64,000 nucleotides of DNA from Tubiluchus corallicola (Eukaryota > Animalia > Priapulida): the NCBI GenBank assembly GCA_030141605.1, contig JAQGDQ010000002.1:1550001-1614000 (forward strand). Reading direction: 5' to 3'. Of the stretch, positions 53,063 to 64,000 are shown one piece after another. Position 1 is the first letter of the stretch. Every line of letters starts with the position of its first letter. The notes below the pieces were generated by a model that saw only the letters and a program-made list of their open reading frames with translations, had not been told where the DNA came from and searched no databases. A program made the translations under genes and the position numbers.

Positions 53063-56000
53063 GAACAAATGAAAAGTCCCCTTTGACATGTGCCGAATAT
53101 GACAAACTTGGTTGAAGCCCATCATTTTAACTAACCTCGTCGTCAAACTTGCACGTGAGCAATAACCGTTTAAAATTTTATCTACTTTTACTTCAAAACC
53201 TTACGTTTATTGTCAGTTAACTTACTGTGAAATGAGTTGTTATATTCGGGTAAAAAAAAATTTTATTGTGTGTGCAGTAGTTAGCCTATTACAAAGTAGT
53301 TATAAGAATAAAAAACAATGTGTTCATCGCCATCGTCATAACAATCATCATCATTGCCTTGTTTGGCCAATTAATGAGCATAATTTTTCAATTAAATGTG
53401 CGCCTTCATAGCACATTAGCCAATTAGTTTTTGGTGATATCAGTGAAATGCAGTTCAATTACTGCCAATTACAATTACATTCTAAGATAAAGTACAAGCT
53501 ACCGGAAATTAATAATTGACCTTCCTCTTGCGCTAAGAAAGCTGAGTGTAGCATAAGTCCGGGTCACATTTTCTCTGTGCCTACACCGAAATAATAATCG
53601 CGACCAACATATTCGCCTACTTCACAGTTCTATGCCATGCATATTATTTTAAAACGAAAAAATTCTTAATAACAATCGCATAAAAGGAATAGTAAATGTT
53701 AACAAAGAGACAACAGCAAAAAGTTTTATAGACTGACGTACGTCTTCTATGACGGTACTGGTAAAGAAAAATATTTAAAAGCCACCAGAGCTAAAGTCCG
53801 AAACCAAGATTTTATAACACTTGAACAGCATGGTACAGAAATCCTCACTTGTAGCTTCAAATTATCATTTAATGTCGGGGCAAAAGCGCAATGGGCTTAT
53901 TTAAGTACGTAGAACTAAAAATAATAAATTATTCACAGTATTCTGTTGGATGGTACGTAGTTCACGGTGTTTTTGTCACTTGATTTCCCAATTAAATGAT
54001 TTTATTGTTTACTAGTACTTCAGCAATCTGTTCTCAGTTGCTCGCATGATTGGATTCATTTCGTCCTGCACGCGCTTCTGTTTTCTTTAACTCTTAAAAC
54101 TTCTTTCACTGTTGACACCTCATTAAACCTCGTTTGTGCGAACACGTTGACAGGTGGACCCTACACAGAGTTTACAACTGATTAAGAATAAATTTTGTTT
54201 TTCAAATTTCCTGACGTGCACAACGTTGTTGACAGACAAATATAGAGCTTTAAGTATGTTATCGTATACGTTTAATTGAAAACCAATTTATTACTTGTTG
54301 GTAGCGTCTATTTCCAATTGACCGTATTTATAAACTCAACACGTAAAAAATAATTATCACAGCTTCATTTATTCATCGCAGTATTTTGTTTTTGCTAATT
54401 AGTCCTATCACGAAACAGGGAAAATCACTGCCTTTTGTTCCATACATAGTGCTAGAATTAAGTTTGGGATGCCGTTCGTTTTTATAAAAAGAGAATTGCA
54501 TAAATATTGAAACACAGCAACATCTAATGTCACTATAATATTGCGTTTAGCTGCTTAATGCAGTTGAGTTTGACGGGACTGGAATCTACTATTTTTCAAG
54601 GATGCGCCTCTAAAATGATACTGCAATGGCAAAATCCAATTTCTCTTTCTCGTTAAAAGGACACCAGTATTTAATCAAGACTTTCTTTTTTGCTAATGAA
54701 TAATAATCTTACTGGCATTGTGTACAGCGTTGATGGCGCATTTACTAAACGTTCATACAACTAATAGAAGCCACTCCTATCCAGGATAACATTGCAATAC
54801 GTCCGATATAGTATATAAATATATGTATTTTCAGTAATTTTCGACCATGTAGAAACTGAATTAAGTCTTGTTTAAGATTCTAACTGTTTATAAAAATAGA
54901 ATTTGAAAGATAGTATCAATGTTTTATTCTTTCTTGTGAAGAAAAGTTTTTCGAGCTAAGAATTATTTTTTTATGCACGCGTTTATGTGCTACATCTCGA
55001 ATAATGACCGGCAGCAGACAAGACCAAAATAATATTTCTTCCAGACGAGAATCATCGTTATCAACTGCAATGATACAGTTGTCTGTTTTCATAGCTGCCT
55101 TGTTGTAGAAATATTTGGATTAATTTCGCCAGTTTAACATTTGCATATCTTTGTTTGGCGTACGAGCGAAAACATGGCGGCTGCTTTTGAGCGCGTTTTA
55201 TCTGCGCTCAAGACAAATAAACTGCTGGATTAAACTAAGCAGGCGAATAAAGGGCTAGATCTGCGTATAATAGACAGCAGGCCTGATAGACCACCCTGAC
55301 AACTGCATTGCAGAAATGCTGCGAATATTTATCTAATAACTGTTGTGAAAATAAAGTCAGATATGGAGTTGTGCGGCCGTTCTCCAAGGAGCACTCCCAC
55401 AAACCTCCCAAGATACAGTTTATTCTTGGGTAAATCTGGCGAAAGATATTCGTAATTATGCTAGAAAAATTCGTCACTTGTTTTGCCCAAACTGTTTGGG
55501 TAGCCAACGTCTGTAACTTCCTCATCTGCCCCCCCCCTCAACTAGGGTTGCCACTCTTTTGCAATTGATGGCGGTTTAGTGTCTCAGGCTTTGTTGATAA
55601 GTTACCTAATGTCTGTGTAACCGGTTAGCGTGGCTTCGCTGCTGTTTATTTATGTTCCTGAACGTAATAAACAATCGTTTGCCAAGCGGTTTAAGATTGT
55701 TTAAAATAATTTAATCAATGGCTTCCGATGGTTTTAAATACTGGCTATAAAGTGGCCCACAGACAGCTGTTGGTGCATGTTCGCCTGTTTAATTGGCTTC
55801 CTTTCTGTAATTTTTTTGTAACTTCATCATCAATTGATGGTCTTATTCTTACAAAAAGAAGAAAAATCAATATGTTATGCTTTGAAGCACAAGTTTTGAA
55901 GCACAGTTTAATCAGTTAACCGTTTGGTCGAAAAATTATAGCATAAAGTGTAATTATATAACACATTCGTTGACGTTTATTATTTTCGAGAGCGTGCATA

Positions 56001-59000
56001 AATAAAGGATCACGTAATTAGAAAAAAAATTAGTTGTTAAAAATATGGTTGACTCTTACACAGATTTAAAGAACTTAACAACAGTGGCTACCTTTACTGA
56101 TTACATATCATAAATAAATTATTTAATGTATCGCTTTTCCTTAATTATTAAAATGATTTATTATATTATTTAATGTATCAGTATTATTTAATTATAAAGT
56201 CATTAAAATATAATTTATTTGTTTATTTACTATTAAGATATTTATATAGCATAATACAGGATAAAGACACTTTAGGTCATATCACTGGTCTTGAAGACTC
56301 TAAAAGAAGAAACGTTTGCTGTAACAGGACTTTTGTAAGGTCGGCACAAGGAGTCATAGCAAAAGAATAAACGGTTAAACGGTCCCATAGTTATGAAACG
56401 GCAGCGGAAATGAAATGCGATTTTCTCTCTTTATGAAAAGTACATTCTTCCTGTCAACACGCTAGGACGCAATTTAGGTAGTGTATAAGATTAGGCGTCA
56501 GCAACTAACAGAGCCATAAATATCCAAAAATACACAAGTTCTGCTCCACGTTTGGCTGTAAGCTGATTATAGTAGATACGCGATTGCGATTGGGTGTGAA
56601 TATTGTACAAATCTGCACAGTGGTCAGCCAAATTGACTCTGTACGATCTGTTGTATTAATAATATTAAAAACCTATATACACAATCCAAAAAACTTCGCC
56701 CAAATATGAAAAGTTAAACACTGAAAATATGTTAATGTTCGCGCATTTTTGAAGTTTCTCGAAACCGTAAACTCTAAGCAATGCCTAAGTCACCAGAGTG
56801 CTCGTTCGTCCTGCATCGTATAGGTGTGCTGTAGTTTCTGATTTGCAATTGTCTCCAACGTCTTGGTCATCGAACATCTCCACTCTCAACAGAAGGCTCT
56901 GAGAGATGTTAAGGATCCAAGAAATAGAATAGGATTGACTAGGCCATAGTCCGATACACGTAATTTCCATACGGCAACGGTCACGGTCTGACAGAAGTGG
57001 TTTCAAAACTCTCAGATATGATATCTTAATTAATACAAATCTTTAAAATGTGTTCCTTTAAAACAAACAGTTCACTGCCGGTTGTTGCTCTCAGTGCTGA
57101 GCTTTCTAGTTAAGTGGGGCCACGGTTAATTTAATCCACAGTTACAAAAATTGTATATATTTAAAATGGTTTATTAATTACTACTTAAGCTTTATACTAG
57201 CTACCAATTTGCGAAACACCATGTATCGAAGTTTACCGAAACCAGTATGTAAATCGAGTTTAACTCTGCTCATAGACAGAGCCAACTAGGAATAAAAAAA
57301 CCCATAGCTCTTACGCTGGATTAAACCAACACGAAATTAGAAATTACAGTGCTGCATTGGTTGATCTCGCACTCGCAAAGGCGTAATGTAAAAACAGCTA
57401 GCTGTTATAAACCCAAAGTATAAATCCTACATTAGGTATAATTGATATCACTAAACTAAATTTGCACGTTTTGACCAAAAAGATCAGCAGGATAGAAATG
57501 TAAAAAAGTTGTGATTAACGTTAATTTTGATTTCATGTGTACATGAGCCACAAATTTAACATAATAAACGTGTATTTATGTACCTTTAATTTCATTTTAA
57601 TTTCATTAATTTCAAATTAATTTTAATTAATTGATAGTGAACGTTACATTATACATTGTAGCCGCCGCACGTTTTTATTGTTTACCGATTTACGCTACAT
57701 CGCTTAGTATAGTAACGTTTTAACTTCTGTTTTCTGGGTATACGGTTCTTTCTATTATATATACTTTTATATATGTTTATTCTAATTACGTAATAGAAAA
57801 ACTGTGACCTGGAGAGAAATCAGTGCTAAAGCTTCTGCCCGCACTTCCAGCAAGTGCATGAAAGTTCGTTTGGCGATACGGACTATTTATTTACATGCGC
57901 AGAAGCCTGTTTACAGCCTATATTAGAAACAATCTCGGTAATGGATCACTGCTTTGAAACAAAACAAACTAATGTCTATTTCCAAACACATAACCAGCCC
58001 ACGAGTACACTGTTTGTATACACGTTTGCTCTCTGGTGGGAAAACTCCTAGGGCGCCGCTACGATCGTGCAAGGCCTTTATGACTGGCAATTCTATGGCA
58101 TGACTTCATTAGTCCGTCAATCATTTTGAAACTTGAGCAAGCAAGTTATCTGCGTAAGGAAGGACCAAATCATCACACCCATTTCACAGCAAAAGGCACT
58201 ATTTAATGTACTATGGATCTTCTCTTTTAAGATATGACTTGAACTATAGTTTAAATGCTTTCTTTAAATAATAACTTTAGCCATTGTTGCATATTCAAAC
58301 TACATAATAGTGCTCATGCATGTTAATTATTGAACATATGTAGTACGATGGTTTGGAATTGTACGAAAAGCGGAGATATCGCAGAATCGTTGAGATACTG
58401 GTGTACTATAGGCCTATATTATGAATCCAATATCAAAGGTTTATTTCTTAGCTATAACAAGTCTGTGTTGGATACTTCATAGAAAGAAGTTAAGTCCTGA
58501 ATAGTATATTTTTACATAATCAAATAATGGCGTCGCGCAAGTTGTATACTTTTTTCATTCGGAGTACTGCCCCGTTGTGATATCTCAAGATTGCGAGAAT
58601 TTGCGTAAATATTATCCGTCAAATTCTATAATAATGCCGAATGAAGTTAGCATATGTTCCAGTTCATCATGTTGTCAGTTCACTGTGTTTCACAACACTC
58701 TGTAAACGGCGAGCAAAATCAAATAAACATAGAGTGATTGATGATAAACTTACACACCAGGGAGAGCAGGCACGCTGCTGTCAGAGTAATATCTATAGGT
58801 CCTACATGTCAGAAGCCAAATAGCCAAGATGAAAGACCTGGCAGAAAAATCAAAACCGAATGTAAAGAAACTAGAAAAGGCCAAAAATACGTAATAGCAT
58901 TTACAAATAAATTTCTTCAAGCAATTCAAGGAATAATGTATATAGTTTAAATTTATAAATTATTTCTTTCCTATTATGTAATTCCGATAGTAGGAAGATA

Positions 59001-59524
59001 ATGTTGTAGTCTTTCATATTTGTATTTTGTCCCTCAGTCACAGATAGGGCTATAAAATATTTGAAAAAAACACTAGTTTGTCGTAGTGCTTATTTCTATG
59101 GATGACGCCAAGTGTAGTACTGGTGTCGACATATATCTGCAACTAGTAGTTAGCGTATTTTTGAATCAGTAGTCACAAGCGTTATGTTATGCATCTAAAC
59201 AGACTCATCAATACTAAACAATATTTTACATTACTAGTGTGGTAATATGCAAATTAATATATATCAAAGGCTCTAAGGCCTGTCTCACACTCAGCTGGAC
59301 ATAATCCGTAAGGCGTAAGATGTGAGGAGAAGAAGACGCATTGTGAAAAATGAACGTATACTAACCAATAGTTTCTGTCAAAGAGATTGCCTAGCGTGGG
59401 CCGTCAGTCATAATCCGCGGTGGGCTCCTCACAAGCTGTTTTGAGCGGTTCAGACGGCATCTTATTGCGAAATGAATTTGGTCATTAATTTCATTTACCA
59501 TAAGGCGTTTTGGGTCATCGCTAA

Positions 59525-60461
59525 GGCCTGTGTCACACAAGAAAGCCTTAAGGAACAAGCCATAAGATGTCTAATCCGCGGTATGCGCATTGTTCTGTGT
59601 AACTAGTAAAGGGTTTAGCCATAATCCGTTTTTTGCGGGACGCACGAATCAGTTTTCTAGATCATTCAAAATGTCGAAAACACACTGGATCCGGTTGCAA
59701 TATGGTTCGCAAAACAGCGTGTTAAAAAACAAAAGCCCAAACGAACAATGTGGGTTAGACCCATTTATACCAAAGACGTGTTTACGAAATTTTTTCAATT
59801 ACACTAGATTGTCCGTCATTTTATTGGAATAACAGATTGTCAGTCGCCTAGTATGATTGACTTGTATGCAGCCTACTGCATGTAGAATACATTTTTATGT
59901 GTATTGTAGCAATACGGCAGTAGTAAATAAGTGTTGTAGGTTAAAAATGCTTTTTATGTTTATATTACATTTGTGTTATGGACTCTTATAGTACAAAATT
60001 ATAAATGAATTGTACGCCATAAAAACCACAAATACGCTAATTATCCCATTAACGATAACCAGAAACACCTCAAGTGGCATTTACCTGCAATCCGGAATGC
60101 GTTATCCACTTGTGGAATAGCTGCGGAATAAAAAATCAATAGGAAATAACTGCAAAAAATAATGCATAACGCAGATCTGAAAGATAAACCGGTGCGTTGA
60201 AAACAATATAAACCAATTTTATCTATTCCACATTCGCATAACGCATACGCATTCCAGATACAAAGTAAACGCTACTTTATGGTAAATGAAATTAATGGCC
60301 AAATTCATTTCGCATTAAGACTCAGAACGGCTTGTGAAGAGCTTGACTGCGGATTAAGGCTGACGGCCAGCGGTAGGCAAACGTTCATTCTTCGAGAGGC
60401 CGATTTTTCTGCTTATGGTTTACGCCTTACAGATTATGTCCAGCTCTGTGCCACACAGGCC
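59525..60461. mobile_element. PIF/Harbinger-like MITE (inner copy, opposite orientation)
   Basis: TAA|GGCCTGTGTCACAC ... GTGCCACACAGGCC|TAA with TAA duplicated at 59522-59524 and 60462-60464. Confidence 0.7.
60080..60269. repeat. Small inverted-repeat element within the inner MITE
   Basis: TTTACCTGCAATCCGGAATGCG..GTGGAATAG versus the reverse complement of CTATTCCAC..CGCATTCCAGATACAAAGTAAA. Confidence 0.5.
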
Positions 60462-62256
60462 TAACGCGGTATGCAGCATGTTTGTGGTTTTTACAGCTCA
60501 CAATTCATCTGCGCCATAAAAATTCATAACGGCATTGCTTCACAAACATTAAAAACAACTTTTAAACGCGAATTTTACTTATACTGAATTAGATACGTGT
60601 ATTGCCGAAACGAATTATGGCAAAACGCCTTACTATTTACACAGAGTAAGGAGCATACCGCGGATTATGACATTAGCCTTATGGAAGATGGAAAACATCT
60701 TATGGCTTACAGATATGGATTATGGCTTGCTCTTTACGCTTCTCTCTGTGTTTCATGGGCTTGATTAGAATAATAACACATTAATTCTGGTGAACTTTCT
60801 GCACTAGCCTCACAACTTCACAACTCTTTTTCATTCGCAAGCGTGAACTGCAAGAATGGCTCCATTCATGAGTTGGTTACTTGATGCCTAAGTGCTGGAC
60901 AGACTAACTGACCAAAATATTTTCGTATGATCAAAATTGATCTTTCCATTTTCTAACAATGTCGATAAAATTCGTTACAACTGAATCGTTTGTTTATGTA
61001 AGTGTACTAAAATGATCTAACGACATCAATAATAAATTATAATAAGATGGTCCAAGTGTCATTTAGAAATTGCATAACAATCATTTACATTACAGTAAAA
61101 TATATATTAGTGCAAAATAAGAATTAACACTTAATTACTATGTCTCATGTAGGCCACACACTGAAATCGCCACAATGTGTAACTTTTCACAAGAATTTCG
61201 ATGTAGTTGTGTTTGGAATTTTTCAAGAAAAGCGCCTGTTCCACTAATTATTTTCTTTTCTACTTGTAATCGACGGACAGTGTTATAAAGTTCTACACAA
61301 ACTTTCTTTACAAAATATGTACTTTGTGCAATACAAAACAGCATCAACACCGGATTGTTTAGTATCAACACGGTGTAACAATCGCAACTTGTCGATCAAT
61401 TCAAGTGAGGATCAAACCAAACTGAAGCACTCTTTACCCTAATTCATATAAACATAGCTACCAGTTCAACACTAGTCTTTTGAAGAGCAAAGTATGAATA
61501 GTACTGATTTACAAATCCTTCTGAAACAGTGAGTTATTTGCTCAAGTGGCCACACAAGACGAAGAAAGGGACAGAATAACATGGAATCCATGGAGGTATT
61601 TCAGAAAGTGGAAAAATATATAGGTATGTAGATTCATCTTTATGCACTAGCTGCGTGTCATGATAATGGCATTAAATGCTTACAATGCTTAGCCAAGGCT
61701 CTTGCGGCAGAATTGTATCTTCCACATTTGTCCTCCATGCATTCAGATAGGAACCAGCAGTTATTAATTAAGGCATTTTGCAATTAAAGGTATTTTACAA
61801 TCAAAATTATCTTTATTCTATAGGAGCCAGTGAACAGTAAGGTGCAAATGTTTGAGAAGCTTATATAACAGAGCATCACGTAGGATAATTATTTCGGTTC
61901 GGGTTTGGTTCAACTGTTTCAGATGATGTTTTTGTAACTTCTATCATACTTCCAAACATGCCTGCGATGAAAATTACTTCTACGAAATCAAAGCGGTTAA
62001 TAACGGTTTAAACTGATAAAACAAATCGCCTAGCATCGTAGTTCATACTTAGAAATAGCGATATTTAGAAATAATCTAAAATCACACAGTATATGATTAT
62101 CAGCTTATAGGCTTCGAACACGTTCAGTTAACATTCAGAAGATCCTAGCATGCCGCGATTCCAAGTTTATTAACAATGAAACTTACGTTGAATAGTTTAA
62201 TTTAATTTAAATGATATAACACAACATTTGAAGTAACAGGTTACCAAAACAGGCAA

Positions 62257-62348
<92 letters not shown>

Positions 62349-62374
62349 TTAATAATAATAATAATAATAATAAA
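62257..62374. repeat. (TAA)n microsatellite
   Basis: Seen directly. Confidence 0.97.
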
Positions 62375-62976
62375 TAAGAATGCGATGATAATAACAATTG
62401 CATTCTCATTAAACGTTTTAACTTTTCCCAAGTTAACACTTACTTTAAGTTATTTCATGCTTTGCCTAACTCGCTTCCAGGAAGTTGATTTATTCCCAGT
62501 TTTTGCACCCGTTCATAAAACAAACGTGAACTGGTTTTTAAACAAGCTCGCTCGTTTGGTGAATATTTTCCCATCTTTGCGCAAGTCCTAACACCCCATT
62601 AATTACCTCACCGTTTTGCAACAGTGTGACATGCTATAAACTAGCTTCCGACTTGGGAAGAATCCGTCCTTCTTCCAACCTCCCGTCCAACACATGGTTC
62701 ACACATTATATAATAGCTGCTAGTGTCTGAGTGTATCAAGTTTGTTTAAAGTATTCCATTTCCTCTTTCATCTTTTGACACATTAAATTAATAAATCTCC
62801 GGAGGTGTTTATATGTGTTTATTGTCGCTCGATGATATATTTTTAAGGAACACGCAATATTTGACTCAAAGCAATTTCGTAGCCGAAGCATGGACTCTCA
62901 AAAAGAAGGCTGTTTAACAAAGTTGATCTGATTTTGTAGCGTTTGCAAAAATGGAGCTAAGACTAATTCCATAACT

Positions 62977-62993
62977 ATGATGACGATGATGGC

Positions 62994-63030
<37 letters not shown>

Positions 63031-63055
63031 GTGATGATAACGATGATGCTGATGA
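62977..63055. repeat. (ATG)n microsatellite
   Basis: Seen directly. Confidence 0.93.
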
Positions 63056-63186
63056 TCTGCATAAAGTGAAAATGTACTGATATTAGTGTTTTTGCACCTA
63101 TGTTGGAGATGTGCATTAAGTTCTGAGTGCCTTCTACGTAACAGAAGGGTTTTTTAGTATAGATTATTACCCTATCATGGACAAAC

Positions 63187-63635
63187 TCATGCGTCGTTGC
63201 GGTATTTCACTTTCAGCGGTTTATTGCTGTATTCTAGGCTATCTTCCACGTTTGTTGAGGTATTCCAAACGAATTCCAATTTGTAGCGACATTCTCGGCG
63301 CCAGTTTGTTGTGGTATTCTGGATGAGTTTTTCAGTTTGCTGTCGTGTTTTAGGTGATCTCCTAACTTTCTTTGCTACAGTATCGCAGATGAACTTTTGT
63401 TTGTTGGGGTATTTCAAACGAGGTTCCGAGCTTTTTTGATGCGGTATTTGCAGACGCGCTTCAAAATTTGCTGCCGTCTCTCGGTATGAAAAGACAAGTT
63501 CCACCGTTTGTTGTGTTATCACTGGGAGTTTTAAACGATCGTTTTCAGATGGCTCCTCTACTCCACTCGCTTTGAGTTTCGTCAAGTCCACAGTGTCTCC
63601 TTCTGTTATTGTAAAGTTGTAAACGGAACAGTTCA
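63187..63635 (-). CDS. Probable terminal coding exon of an unidentified gene entering from the right
   Basis: About 149 open codons of complex hydrophilic sequence in AT-rich DNA, preceded by the acceptor ACTTTAG and ending in TGA. No family recognised. Confidence 0.5.
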
Positions 63636-64000
63636 CTAAAGTATTTATGGCACAAGATGATCATCAGTTCAACACTACTCAGCAAATAATACTATCTCTA
63701 TACCAGTATTACAGTCGCAGTGAGAAAGTACCGGTAAACCATTTTGCTTCAACTATAGTGACGGTTAATAGCACTCTAAAGCTTAAATGACAACTATTCC
63801 CTCATGACACTCATACTGATATACCAATCCAGGCCAACAACAAGGAATGATGTTCATAACTCTAGCTTGACTCACAACTTTATTCACATCTAATTTAAAT
63901 GTGTAAGACAATAGATTATTATAGTTCTCGCGATATGACAATACACGACAATACATTTAGTATTATGGATGTATACGGTGGATATGCCCGTACTAGAAGT

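Larger units (their letters stand above)
59277..60761. mobile_element. PIF/Harbinger-like MITE (outer copy)
   Basis: TAA|GGCCTGTCTCACAC... left end and degenerate right end ...GTGTTTCATGGGCT|TGA. Interrupted by a same-family copy. Confidence 0.6.

Noticed and set aside
53900-58950. Short ORFs and exon-like patches (about 54050-54160, 55174-55230, 56785-57006, 57854-58180, 58641-58950)
   Set aside because: Could not be linked into a frame-consistent gene, and no homology was recognised.

Overview
AT-rich, intron-containing animal genomic DNA, probably from an invertebrate (lophotrochozoan-like repeats); not prokaryotic. Gene order: GNPNAT1 (-, 5' part only) head-to-head with CRLS1 (+, 5 coding exons); a TSSK-family kinase (-, 7 coding exons) convergent on CRLS1; POLR3B with an intronless CDS (-, 1128 aa) head-to-head with NVL (+, 23 coding exons, about 858 aa); two paralogous intronless 310-aa divergent class-A GPCRs (+); a gene-poor 12 kb stretch; and an unidentified terminal exon (-) at the right end. 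The first GPCR sits inside the last NVL intron on the same strand and is followed by a strong splice donor that could join it to NVL's terminal exon. Repeats include pogo-like, TTAA-type and nested PIF/Harbinger MITEs, LINE remnants, tRNA-derived SINEs (one MetaSINE-like), a Helentron-associated-like element, an inverted pair of Penelope-type minimal hammerhead ribozyme motifs and microsatellites. Exon models were built by hand from GT-AG signals, frame continuity and remembered protein motifs; no searches were run.
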